The notes under the pieces are model-generated. The model was not told the DNA's origin and ran no database searches. It saw nothing but the letters and a program-made list of their open reading frames with translations. From assembly GCA_051879355.1 (NCBI GenBank), contig JBJELU010000078.1:33762-97761 (forward strand): DNA of 64,000 bases, given 5' to 3'. The translations under genes and the position numbers were made by a program. Origin of the DNA: Oliverpabstia sp. Its GTDB lineage: Bacteria > Bacillota > Clostridia > Lachnospirales > Lachnospiraceae. Within the stretch, counting starts at the first letter, position 1. Each line of letters opens with the position of its first letter. Positions 49,713 to 59,481 of the stretch are shown here, piece by piece.

Positions 49713-51354
49713 AAATTATACGCGTTTTAAGAATTCACTTCGGCCGGAGGTAAAACTGCAGATCAGCCTGAAGGAATATCTTTCTATGTCCCCGGAAGAA
49801 AAAGAATCTGATGTGGCACAGGCATACAGAAAGTATCTTTCTGAGCGCAGGCGCCCGACATGGGAAATGCTGATACAGGAAGAAAATCTGGACGGTCTTC
49901 GGATGTTTGTCCGGGAAGGCTGGCTGACTGCAGAAGATGCCCGGGAATGTCTGAAAATGGCAGGTCGGCTTGGGAAAAAGGAAAGTCAATTATGGCTTCT
50001 TTCCTATATTAAAAAAGGTGGAGATGAATGGCAAAAAGAGCAGAGCCGGGAAGAAGAAAATCGTATTACTCAGGAAGACGTAGATGAGATTTTTGAAATT
50101 CTGGATATCACTCTCCAGGCGGATATACCGGCACTTGCCTCTGCATTCCCGGCTGTTGCCCGTACAGAGATAGAGCAGGCAGATAATGGTGAAAGAGTGT
50201 GGGGAACGGATGGAATATGCCTGTATTATACAAAGGCGGAGCTGGCCGGATTTTTTATCCGGGGAATTGAGTATCTGGCAAGAGTATTTCTGCATACGGT
50301 TTTTCATTGCCTTTATCTTCATGTAATACCGCCGGAAGAGAAAGACTACTGGGATCTGGCCTGTGATCTGGCGGCGGAATGGGCGTTGGATGAGAGCGGC
50401 TGGTTTCCTCTGGAAAACAGGAGAAAAAAACAGAGGGATGGCTGGTATCAGATGATCTGGCAGGAAGAAAGGAAAAGAGATACCGGTGCCTGCCTGCGAT
50501 GGCTGGAAAAGCTGGCAAAAGAGGGGAAAACAGAGGATTTGCTAAAAATTCAGCAGGAATTTACTGTGGACTGCCATGCATACTGGTATGAACAAAAGAA
50601 TAAGCATGGAAGAATCGCGGAGGATAACCGGGAAAATATGGTTGAGACCTGGGAAAATCTCAGACAGAATATTTCCATGCAGATGCAGGGAAGAGGTTTA
50701 CACGCAGGGCGGCAGGGTGGTGCCGGAACAGACGTGTACCAGCCTGTACATAAGAAAACTTACGATTACCGCAAATTTCTGAAGCAGTTTGCCGTGTGCC
50801 GGGAAGAAATGCAGCTGGACATGGAGAGTTTTGATTATATTCCGTATACATACGGGCTGGAGCACTATGGCAATGTTCTTTTGGTGGAACCCATGGAAAC
50901 AACGGAAGTCAGGCGTCTGGAAGAATTTGTAATTGCCATTGATACTTCTGGCTCCTGCTCGGGAGAAACCGTGTGCCGGTTTTTGGATGAAACCTATCAG
51001 ATCTTGAGCAATCAGGAGAATTTCTTTCGGAAAATGAAGGTGCATATTATCCAGTGCGATTCCATGATTCAGGACCATCAGGTGATTACCTGTGAGGAGG
51101 ACTGGAAATCCTATCAGGAAAATGTGAAAATACAGGGGCTGGGAGGAACTGATTTTACTCCTGTGTTCCGTTTGGTGGACGAAATGCTGGAAAATAAGCA
51201 GATCAGGCATTTGAAAGGATTGTTATATTTTACGGACGGTGACGGTATTTTTCCTCGTAAAAAACCGGAATATGAGACGGCTTTCGTATTTCTGAACAGG
51301 GCATTGGAAAAATCCAGAATTCCCGACTGGGCAATCCGTCTGAATCTAGCATAA
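49699..51354 (+). CDS. VWA domain protein with a DUF2201-like metallopeptidase-like region
   Basis: TDG, LHTVFHCLYLH and WDLACD motifs; MIDAS DTSGS, GGTDF, YFTDG. Confidence 0.82.
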   Translation: MGTNENYTRFKNSLRPEVKLQISLKEYLSMSPEEKESDVAQAYRKYLSERRRPTWEMLIQEENLDGLRMFVREGWLTAEDARECLKMAGRLGKKESQLWLLSYIKKGGDEWQKEQSREEENRITQEDVDEIFEILDITLQADIPALASAFPAVARTEIEQADNGERVWGTDGICLYYTKAELAGFFIRGIEYLARVFLHTVFHCLYLHVIPPEEKDYWDLACDLAAEWALDESGWFPLENRRKKQRDGWYQMIWQEERKRDTGACLRWLEKLAKEGKTEDLLKIQQEFTVDCHAYWYEQKNKHGRIAEDNRENMVETWENLRQNISMQMQGRGLHAGRQGGAGTDVYQPVHKKTYDYRKFLKQFAVCREEMQLDMESFDYIPYTYGLEHYGNVLLVEPMETTEVRRLEEFVIAIDTSGSCSGETVCRFLDETYQILSNQENFFRKMKVHIIQCDSMIQDHQVITCEEDWKSYQENVKIQGLGGTDFTPVFRLVDEMLENKQIRHLKGLLYFTDGDGIFPRKKPEYETAFVFLNRALEKSRIPDWAIRLNLA

Positions 51355-51392
51355 TCCACGTTAATTAATGGAAAGATTGTTGGAGGAACAGG

Positions 51393-52949
51393 ATGAATAT
51401 ACAGGAAGCAAAAATGGAAGTGATTCATACGGTTCGTGCATATACGGCCAAAGATGAACAGGGAGAATATAAGATTCCTCAGATTCGCCAGCGCCCCGTT
51501 CTGCTGATGGGTCCTCCGGGAATCGGTAAGACAGCGATTGTGGAACAGGCGGCTAAAACGTGTGGTGTGGGTCTGGTGTCCTATACGATCACTCATCATA
51601 CCCGGCAGAGTGCGGTGGGACTTCCCCTGGTGGAAAAGAAAATTTATGACGGGCGTGAGGTGACCGTGACTGAATATACCATGAGTGAAATCATAGCTTC
51701 TGTGTACGAGTGCATGAAAAATACCGGGTGTCGGGAAGGAATCCTCTTTATCGATGAGGTAAACTGTGTATCGGAAACTCTGGCGCCCACTATGCTGCAG
51801 TTCCTTCAGGGGAAAACTTTTGGAAATCACCGCGTCCCCAGAGGGTGGGTGATCGTGGCTGCGGGAAATCCTTCGGAATATAACAAATCGGTCCGTGAAT
51901 TTGATATTGTAACATTGGACAGAGTAAAGAAAATAGAGGTGGATGTGGATTATACGGCGTGGAAAGTGTATGCGGCAGAAAAAGAAATCCACGGGGCGAT
52001 CCGCTCTTATCTGGAAGGGAAACCGCAGTATTTTTACCGGATCGAGCAGAACCCGGACGGGAAAGAGTTTGTGACGGCCCGTGGCTGGGAAGATCTGAGT
52101 GTGATATTGAAGCAATATGAGGACATGGATGTGGCTGTCAGTGAAGGGCTGATTCTGCAGTATCTGCAGTGTCGGGAGATTGCTGAGGACTTTGCCTCTT
52201 ATTATAAGTTTTATCAAAAATGTTGTGAGACATACAGGAAGGAAATAGAAAATGTCCTGATGGGAGAAGTGAAAATTTCTGTGCAGGATAGTGACAGAGA
52301 AGAGGAAATCCCCATGACAGACTGGCCTCTGGATGAACAGCTTACAGTCTCCGGTCTTTTGATTTCGCAGGTTCTGGCACACGTTTCTCACTGGAAAGCA
52401 TCTGTCGTTCAGATGCGTCGGATGGAAGAAGTCTGGCAGCTGCTGGAACGTCAGCTCCATGGAGATAAAAAAAATATATTTGAAGCAGTGGAAGAATTTT
52501 TTGGAAAACGTACTTTTGCACTGGAAGTGAAAGAACAGACGGAGACAATCGGAGAAGCAGAAGCCCGTCTTGAACGGCAGGTAGACAGGGAACTGAAGAA
52601 AATAACAGCAGAACTGCGGGAAAATGGATGCAGAAGCCGGCAGGAAGTGAAGCAGTGTTTTGCTGAAACAATGCAGAATAAAAAGCTGGAACTGGAACGG
52701 GAGGCACAGACGAGAGCGGAAGAAATGAACAGGGCTCTTGGATGGATTGCAGAAAAGTTCGGAATGGGAACACCATTTCTTACGGCAATGGAAACAGTTA
52801 CGGTACACGAAGGCTGTATGGAACTGATACAGGAACAGAGCTGCCCGGTTTATGAAGAAAACTGTGGGATATTGATGACGCGGGACAGGGAGAAAAAGCT
52901 TCGGGAAAAAATTCAAAGAATGCAGGAAACAGGTCTGTTTGTTCCCTGA
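51393..52949 (+). CDS. MoxR-type AAA+ ATPase
   Basis: GPPGIGKT, ILFIDE, VAAGN and TARGWE motifs. Confidence 0.88.
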   Translation: MNIQEAKMEVIHTVRAYTAKDEQGEYKIPQIRQRPVLLMGPPGIGKTAIVEQAAKTCGVGLVSYTITHHTRQSAVGLPLVEKKIYDGREVTVTEYTMSEIIASVYECMKNTGCREGILFIDEVNCVSETLAPTMLQFLQGKTFGNHRVPRGWVIVAAGNPSEYNKSVREFDIVTLDRVKKIEVDVDYTAWKVYAAEKEIHGAIRSYLEGKPQYFYRIEQNPDGKEFVTARGWEDLSVILKQYEDMDVAVSEGLILQYLQCREIAEDFASYYKFYQKCCETYRKEIENVLMGEVKISVQDSDREEEIPMTDWPLDEQLTVSGLLISQVLAHVSHWKASVVQMRRMEEVWQLLERQLHGDKKNIFEAVEEFFGKRTFALEVKEQTETIGEAEARLERQVDRELKKITAELRENGCRSRQEVKQCFAETMQNKKLELEREAQTRAEEMNRALGWIAEKFGMGTPFLTAMETVTVHEGCMELIQEQSCPVYEENCGILMTRDREKKLREKIQRMQETGLFVP

Positions 52950-52966
52950 CAGGAGGTGAAGGCGCA

Positions 52967-53662
52967 GTGATTAAAATACATGGATTTAATAAGTTGACGC
53001 TTCTGGATTATCCGGGGCGGCTGGCATGTACCATATTTTTAGGAAATTGTAATTTCCGCTGTCCATTTTGTCACAATGCAGGTCTGGTGCTGAATCCGAA
53101 TCAGGAACCGGTGGTTCCGCAGGAAGAAGTATTTGGCGTATTAAAAAAGAGACAGGGAATTCTGGATGGAGTCTGCATTACCGGCGGAGAGCCCACATTA
53201 CACCCCCAGCTGCCGGAGTTTATCAAAAAAATACGGGAATATGGGTATCCGGTAAAACTGGATACCAACGGCAGCAATCCGGAAATGCTGAAAAGTCTGG
53301 TAAAAGAAGGACTTGTGGATTATGTTGCCATGGATATCAAGAATTCTCCGGCAAAATATGCAGTGACAGCAGGAGTGTCCCGTATGGATCTGGACGCAAT
53401 CTGCGAATCGGTGGATTTCCTGAAAACAGAAGCAGTGGATTATGAATTTCGGACGACTGTGACAAGAGAACTGCATAAAAAAGAAGATTTTTGTGACATT
53501 GGAAACTGGCTGGATGGCAGCAGGCGGTATTTCCTGCAGACTTACAAAGAATCCGGTCAGGTCATCCGTCCGGTATTTTCCAGTTACTCCAGAGAACAAC
53601 TGGAAAATTTCCGGCAGATGTTGGCAGAACACATTGGGCAGGTGGAAATTCGGGGAGTATAG
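52967..53662 (+). CDS. Anaerobic ribonucleotide reductase activating-type radical SAM protein
   Basis: CNFRCPFCHN, ITGGEPT, LDTNG and YEFRTT motifs. Confidence 0.88.
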   Translation: MIKIHGFNKLTLLDYPGRLACTIFLGNCNFRCPFCHNAGLVLNPNQEPVVPQEEVFGVLKKRQGILDGVCITGGEPTLHPQLPEFIKKIREYGYPVKLDTNGSNPEMLKSLVKEGLVDYVAMDIKNSPAKYAVTAGVSRMDLDAICESVDFLKTEAVDYEFRTTVTRELHKKEDFCDIGNWLDGSRRYFLQTYKESGQVIRPVFSSYSREQLENFRQMLAEHIGQVEIRGV

Positions 53663-53672
53663 GTTCAGCGTT

Positions 53673-54629
53673 TTAGGAAAACAGCCGATACCAGTAGCCG
53701 AACTGCCCATAGCGAATGGATTCCGTTCTGGCGGGTTTAAAATGCGGGAATCCAAACACAGAAGCCGCCATCTGTTCCCATGGGTCATACATGCCGGGGA
53801 CGGCAAGAACATACTCCGACGGGGCCGACTCAGCGGCTTTTCCCAGAAGAAAATGTTGATAGGAGTGACAACCGTGCTGAAAAAATGGATTATTTTCCAT
53901 CGGAATTCCCAGTTTCGTAAGTTTGGGGATATCTTCGGTGGATAATCGGACACATTGGTGGATGGTATCATCAAAAAACGGATGGATATGTGGATAATTG
54001 TCCTGAAAATACTGCCAGAGTGTCTGTGATTCCATGGGAATGTTTTCTGGAGCGGGTGCGGTATCCGCTTCGAAAGAGGATGTCTGGACTTCCTCAGAAG
54101 GTGTTCGGTTTTCAGCAGTTATGGCTGGATTTTCCGGAAGGGATTGGGAATCAGAGCCGGGAAGCTGAACGGCAGCATTTTCTTCAGGTGCAGAAGGAAT
54201 AGAAGCTGCCTGAATCTGTGGTGTTTCTGTGTATACAGTGAACAGTTCCGGCTGAATCAGTATATCCTTCCAGGCTGTGGCGAAAAGCTGTCCGTGTTCT
54301 GTCTGAATGTAAAGCCCTCCCAGATCCTTCAGACCGTAAGGAGTCTGTGCAATCTGCTGTTGGGGTAGCATAAAATCTGCATATACCACACCCTGCTGCC
54401 ATGCGGCTTTTCCCAGAAGGACAGCGATGTGCTGACCATCGGAAGGAATAAAAGCATAGACCTGAAAGACAGGTGTAAACGGCATTGTGTGGAGCTTCAT
54501 ATGTATCTGCAGGCGGCAGCGGGAATTGCGGACTTCTACCCTGGCAAAACCACAGTTCTGCAGCCTGGTACGATTCTGGTATTCATAAATATAAGAAACA
54601 AATCTTTGATATTCGGACAAAAAAGACAC
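53673..54629 (-). CDS. Conserved hypothetical protein (DUF6128-like), possibly sporulation-related
   Basis: YQRFVSYIYEY...GFARVE N-terminus; Pro/Glu linker; C-terminal FGYW. Confidence 0.75.
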   Translation of the reverse strand: MSFLSEYQRFVSYIYEYQNRTRLQNCGFARVEVRNSRCRLQIHMKLHTMPFTPVFQVYAFIPSDGQHIAVLLGKAAWQQGVVYADFMLPQQQIAQTPYGLKDLGGLYIQTEHGQLFATAWKDILIQPELFTVYTETPQIQAASIPSAPEENAAVQLPGSDSQSLPENPAITAENRTPSEEVQTSSFEADTAPAPENIPMESQTLWQYFQDNYPHIHPFFDDTIHQCVRLSTEDIPKLTKLGIPMENNPFFQHGCHSYQHFLLGKAAESAPSEYVLAVPGMYDPWEQMAASVFGFPHFKPARTESIRYGQFGYWYRLFS

Positions 54630-54698
54630 TCCTTTTTAAAGTTTCTATGCAAGCATATGCAGGCGGAAAAAAGGGTATGACTAAAGAGAGGAAAATTC

Positions 54699-55241
54699 AT
54701 GGATGAAAAATATATGAAAGAAGCCATCCGGCAGGCAAAAAAAGCATACGCTCTGATGGAAGTGCCGATTGGATGCGTCATTGTATATGAGGGCAAAATC
54801 ATAGCCCGGGGATATAATCGAAGAAATACAGACAAGAATACCTTATCCCATGCGGAAATGAATGCGATTCGGAAAGCGAGCCGCAAACTGGGAGACTGGC
54901 GGCTGGAGGGCTGTACCATGTACATTACCCTGGAGCCCTGTCAGATGTGTGCCGGTGCCATCGTGCAGGCAAGAGTCAGCCGTGTGGTGATCGGAAGCAT
55001 GAACCCCAAAGCCGGATGTGCAGGTTCCGTGCTGAACCTTCTGGAGATGGAACAATTTAACCATCAGGTGGAAGTGACAAGGGGTGTGCTGGAAAAAGAA
55101 TGCAGTGAGATGCTGTCAGGATTTTTCAGGGAACTTCGGGAACTGAAGAAAAGGGAGAAAGAAATGCGGAAAGAAAAGACTCCGGAAGAAAATGGCTTGA
55201 CGGAAGAAATAACAGGAAGTATAATGATAAAAGACTGCTGA
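54699..55241 (+). CDS. tadA: tRNA adenosine(34) deaminase
   Basis: EVPIG, HAE and TLEPCQMCAGA motifs. Confidence 0.93.
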   Translation: MDEKYMKEAIRQAKKAYALMEVPIGCVIVYEGKIIARGYNRRNTDKNTLSHAEMNAIRKASRKLGDWRLEGCTMYITLEPCQMCAGAIVQARVSRVVIGSMNPKAGCAGSVLNLLEMEQFNHQVEVTRGVLEKECSEMLSGFFRELRELKKREKEMRKEKTPEENGLTEEITGSIMIKDC

Positions 55242-55269
55242 TACAACATTTGTCAGCATTGTCAGACAC

Positions 55270-55357
55270 GGAGATGTACCCAAGTGGTTGAAGGGTCCGC
55301 ACTCGAAATGCGGTAGGTCGGTTTACCGGCGCAAGGGTTCAAATCCCTTCATCTCCG
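55270..55357 (+). tRNA. tRNA-Ser (anticodon CGA)
   Basis: Cloverleaf with long variable arm; CCGCA-CTCGAAA-TGCGG; promoter TTGACG (55197)-N17-TATAAT (55220) inside the tadA 3' end. Confidence 0.96.
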
Positions 55358-55379
55358 TTTCCCATATGGATAAAGAAAA

Positions 55380-55668
55380 ACACCGTGACGAAGAGAGTAC
55401 ACAGATGGTTACTGTTACAGAGAAATCCCGTTGGCTGAGAGGGATGCAGGAAAGTTTGTGGAAGATGGCTTCTGAGAGGCGCACCGAACCGGATGCCTAG
55501 AAACAGGAGAATGGCAAGGCTGCGACAGGATCCGCCTGTTACAGCGGCAGGGTATAACAGATGAAATGATTGAAGTGTACCCGTTGAGATCTGTACTGTG
55601 AGGTGCAGATGAAAAGAAGTGGTAACACGGTCTGATGGACTCGTCTTCTGAAAAGAAGGCGTTTTTTT
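55380..55668 (+). promoter_or_regulatory. Met T-box riboswitch
   Basis: AGAGA and GCTGAGA stem I motifs; specifier ATG at 55465; T-box AAGTGGTAACACGG at 55617-55630; terminator 55642-55668. Confidence 0.9.
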
Positions 55669-55695
55669 ATACATTTTTTTAAGGAGGCAGACAGA

Positions 55696-57669
55696 ATGGC
55701 AAAGGAAAAATTTTATATGACAACTGCGATTGCCTATACTTCAGGCAAACCGCATATCGGCAACACCTATGAGGTAGTACTGGCAGACAGTATTGCCCGT
55801 TTCAAAAGACAGCAGGGATATGACGTGTTTTTCCAGACAGGTACCGATGAGCACGGTCAGAAAATTGAGAACAAGGCTCAGGAAGCTGGCATTACTCCCA
55901 AGGAATATGTGGATAATGTAGCGGGAGAGATTAAAAACATCTGGGATCTGATGAATACTTCTTATGATAAGTTTATCCGTACCACAGATGCAGATCATGA
56001 GAAACAGGTGCAGAAGATTTTTAAAAAGCTGTATGATCAGGGAGATATTTATAAAGGGTATTATGAAGGAATGTACTGTACTCCCTGTGAGTCTTTCTTC
56101 ACAGAATCTCAGCTGGTAGACGGAAAATGTCCGGACTGCGGACGTCCCTGTACACCGGCAAAAGAAGAAGCTTATTTCTTCAAAATGAGCAAATATGCGC
56201 AGAGACTGATTGATCATATCAATACTCATCCGGAATTTATTCAGCCGGTATCCAGAAAGAATGAGATGATGAACAATTTCCTTCTTCCGGGACTTCAGGA
56301 TCTGTGTGTTTCTCGTACCTCTTTCAAATGGGGTATTCCGGTAGATTTTGATCCGAAGCATGTGGTTTATGTATGGCTGGATGCACTGACCAACTATATT
56401 ACAGGTATCGGATATGACTGCGATGGTGACAGTACCGAACAGTTTAAGAAAGACTGGCCGGCAGATCTGCACCTGATCGGAAAAGATATTATCCGTTTCC
56501 ATACCATTTACTGGCCGATTTTCCTGATGGCACTGGATCTTCCGCTGCCGAAGCAGGTATTTGGACATCCGTGGCTGCTGCAGGGTGATGGCAAAATGAG
56601 TAAATCCAAAGGAAATGTGCTGTATGCGGATGATTTGGTGAATTTCTTTGGCGTTGATGCAGTACGTTACTTTGTGCTTCACGAGATGCCGTTTGACAAT
56701 GACGGTGTAATCACCTGGGAACTGATGGTAGAGCGCCTGAACTCTGATCTGGCAAATACTCTGGGCAATTTGGTAAACCGTACCATTTCCATGTCCAACA
56801 AATATTTTGGCGGAGTAGTTACCAGAACAGGTGTAACAGAAGAAGTGGATGAAGACCTGAAAGCAGTCGTAACAGCCACCAGAGATAAAGTGGCTGCCAA
56901 GATGGAGGACCTGCGTGTGGCAGATGCCATGACAGAGATTTTCAATCTGTTCAAACGCTGCAACAAATATATTGATGAAACAATGCCGTGGGCACTGGCA
57001 AAGGATGAGGCTAAGAAAGACCGCCTGGCAGAAGTAATGTACAATCTGGTAGAAAGCATTTCCATCGGTGCGGCTCTTCTGGAATCCTTTATGCCGGAAA
57101 CCACCGGAAAAATTCTGGCTCAGCTGAATGCAGAGAAGAGAGAGTATGAAACCCTGAATCAGTTTGGTCTGTATCCGTCCGGAAATAAAGTGACAGACAA
57201 ACCGGAAATCCTGTTTCAACGTCTGAAAGTGGAAGAAGTTCTGGAGAAAGTAGAAGCTATGAGAGCAGAACAGGCTGCCGCATCCGGTGAAGCAGCTGTT
57301 GAAGAAAAAGAAGAAGAACCTGTGATTGATATTGAACCGAAAGCAGAAATTACATTTGATGATTTTGAAAAAATGCAGTTCCAGGTAGGTGAAATCATTG
57401 CCTGTGAGGCAGTAAAGAAGTCTAAGAAACTGCTGTGCTCTCAGGTGAAGATCGGAAGTCAGGTAAAACAGATCGTGTCAGGAATCAAAGCCCATTATTC
57501 CCCGGAAGAAATGGTAGGAAAGAAGGTTATGGTTCTGGTAAATCTGAAACCGGCCAAACTGGCAGGAATCCTGTCAGAAGGAATGATCCTGTGTGCAGAA
57601 GATGAAAACGGTGAACTGTCTCTGATGGTACCTGAAAGAAAAATGCCTGCAGGTGCAGAAATCTGCTAA
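55696..57669 (+). CDS. metG: Methionine--tRNA ligase with C-terminal tRNA-binding domain
   Basis: PHIGN (HIGH-like), GTDEHG, Zn knuckle, KMSKS and C-terminal OB fold. Confidence 0.97.
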   Translation: MAKEKFYMTTAIAYTSGKPHIGNTYEVVLADSIARFKRQQGYDVFFQTGTDEHGQKIENKAQEAGITPKEYVDNVAGEIKNIWDLMNTSYDKFIRTTDADHEKQVQKIFKKLYDQGDIYKGYYEGMYCTPCESFFTESQLVDGKCPDCGRPCTPAKEEAYFFKMSKYAQRLIDHINTHPEFIQPVSRKNEMMNNFLLPGLQDLCVSRTSFKWGIPVDFDPKHVVYVWLDALTNYITGIGYDCDGDSTEQFKKDWPADLHLIGKDIIRFHTIYWPIFLMALDLPLPKQVFGHPWLLQGDGKMSKSKGNVLYADDLVNFFGVDAVRYFVLHEMPFDNDGVITWELMVERLNSDLANTLGNLVNRTISMSNKYFGGVVTRTGVTEEVDEDLKAVVTATRDKVAAKMEDLRVADAMTEIFNLFKRCNKYIDETMPWALAKDEAKKDRLAEVMYNLVESISIGAALLESFMPETTGKILAQLNAEKREYETLNQFGLYPSGNKVTDKPEILFQRLKVEEVLEKVEAMRAEQAAASGEAAVEEKEEEPVIDIEPKAEITFDDFEKMQFQVGEIIACEAVKKSKKLLCSQVKIGSQVKQIVSGIKAHYSPEEMVGKKVMVLVNLKPAKLAGILSEGMILCAEDENGELSLMVPERKMPAGAEIC

Positions 57670-57680
57670 AGAGGTGGAAG

Positions 57681-58451
57681 ATGATTTTTGAAAGTCATGC
57701 TCATTATGATGATGAGGCTTTTGATGAGGACCGTGAGACACTGCTGGATTCTATGCAGGCACATGGAGTGGAACGGATTATCAATGTGTGTGCGGAGGTT
57801 CAGAACTGGGATCGTACACTGAATCTGACAGAGAAGTATCCGTTTATTTACGGTGCCGTTGGCGTACATCCGGATGATGTGGGAAGTCTGACAGAAGACG
57901 GTATTCAGAAAATGAAAGAATTATGTCAACGGGAAAAGGTTGTGGCTGTAGGTGAAATCGGCCTGGATTATTACTGGGATAAGGAACAGCATACGGCACA
58001 GATTTTCTGGTTTGAACGTCAGATGGAAGTTGCCCGGGAAGAAAAGTTGCCTGTCATTGTTCACAGCAGAGAGGCGGCACAGGATACTCTGGAAACTATG
58101 AAAAGGGTAAATGCCGGAGAAATCGGTGGTGTGATACATTGTTTTTCTTACGGAAAAGAAATGGCACGGGAATATCTGAATATGGGATTTTCTATCGGTG
58201 TGGGCGGTGTGGTCACATTTAAAAATGCCAGAAAATTGAAAGAAGTGGTGGAATATGCACCGCTGGAATCCTTGCTTCTGGAGACAGACTGTCCGTATCT
58301 TGCTCCGGTTCCCTATCGGGGTAAGAGAAACTGTTCTCTGTATATTCCTTATGTTGTACAGGAAATTGCCCGGATCAAGGGCGTTTCTGAAGAAAAAGTG
58401 ATGGAAGTGACCCGTGAAAACGGATATCGGGTGTTTTCAAAAACAAGATAA
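57681..58451 (+). CDS. TatD family DNase
   Basis: SHAHY, GVHP, GEIGLDY, VHSREA and ETDCPYL motifs. Confidence 0.93.
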   Translation: MIFESHAHYDDEAFDEDRETLLDSMQAHGVERIINVCAEVQNWDRTLNLTEKYPFIYGAVGVHPDDVGSLTEDGIQKMKELCQREKVVAVGEIGLDYYWDKEQHTAQIFWFERQMEVAREEKLPVIVHSREAAQDTLETMKRVNAGEIGGVIHCFSYGKEMAREYLNMGFSIGVGGVVTFKNARKLKEVVEYAPLESLLLETDCPYLAPVPYRGKRNCSLYIPYVVQEIARIKGVSEEKVMEVTRENGYRVFSKTR

Positions 58452-58468
58452 GACAATTTTATCAGATG

Positions 58469-58545
58469 ACAAAAAATCCTCTCCTTATAAATTTTGATAA
58501 TTTCATCATACATTATCAGGATTTATAACGAAGAGGATTTTTTGT
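58469..58545. terminator. Long bidirectional hairpin between convergent genes
   Basis: ACAAAAAATCCTCT... / ...AGAGGATTTTTTGT. Confidence 0.7.
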
Positions 58546-59300
58546 TATCTTCCCAATTTGCGCACAAAACAAAGAATTACACCAAGAAAACTCAATAAAG
58601 CAAAGGATCTTCCCAGGGTAGAGGTTACATTCAGCACCAGTTTCAGTCCCGGAAGTGGATAGGGATGCTCCGGCAGCAGCGGATTGATATAATGTGCGGC
58701 CAGTGCCAGCAGGAAGAAGAGGAGAAATCCCAGCATTCCGCGCCCCATATCGATTCTTCGGACTTTGCCATTATCCGGCATCTTTTTCCTGGAAATGGTC
58801 CAGACAATCTGGAGGATTCCAAAGGCTGTCAATCCCAGAGAAAGAACCAGATAGGCAGCCTGATTGATGTTCCGTTCCCGGATAATTCCGCTGATAGAAC
58901 CGAAAACATGGCGTTGTGACCAGAGCCCCAGGGAAAGCTTCGCAGTTATGTAAAACATAAGGGCTCCGCAGACCCATGGCAGCAGATTGAAACATATTTT
59001 CCAGGCTGTGTTTATGGTCCCCACAGTAACGGAGCCGGCGGTAGAAATCCCCCGGGAAACAGTGCCGGTAACGCCCCGGGATATCTTTCCGGCTGTTTGG
59101 CTTTTTTTCTTCTTTGTTGCTTGTTTCTTTGTTCCCTGATTTTTTTGACTGCTTTGTTTTTTTGTATATTGTGAGGATTTATTTTCAGGTTTTCTTTTTT
59201 CTTTTGCAGGATCAGTACCGGATTCTTTCTGCTCCAGCGGCATACCACAGTTGCTGCAGAAGTTTCCGGTGACTTCCTGTTTACAATTTGGACATATCAT
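58545..59300 (-). CDS. Zinc-ribbon membrane protein
   Basis: N-terminal CPNC...FCSNCG; Lys-rich linker; about 4 TM helices. Confidence 0.75.
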   Translation of the reverse strand: MICPNCKQEVTGNFCSNCGMPLEQKESGTDPAKEKRKPENKSSQYTKKQSSQKNQGTKKQATKKKKSQTAGKISRGVTGTVSRGISTAGSVTVGTINTAWKICFNLLPWVCGALMFYITAKLSLGLWSQRHVFGSISGIIRERNINQAAYLVLSLGLTAFGILQIVWTISRKKMPDNGKVRRIDMGRGMLGFLLFFLLALAAHYINPLLPEHPYPLPGLKLVLNVTSTLGRSFALLSFLGVILCFVRKLGR

Positions 59301-59481
59301 AAAATCAATCTCCTTTCCGACCTATTCTAACACGAATTGTACAATATAAATCTTAAAATTCTGTGAAACCTTCCTGAAGAAAAGTTGCGATTATCGTAGA
59401 TTTGCCGTAAAAAAAGTATTATACTTTTGGGTAGTAGAAAAAAGTCCGCCCTGAAAGCGTGCGGCAGGAGGAAGAGTTATT

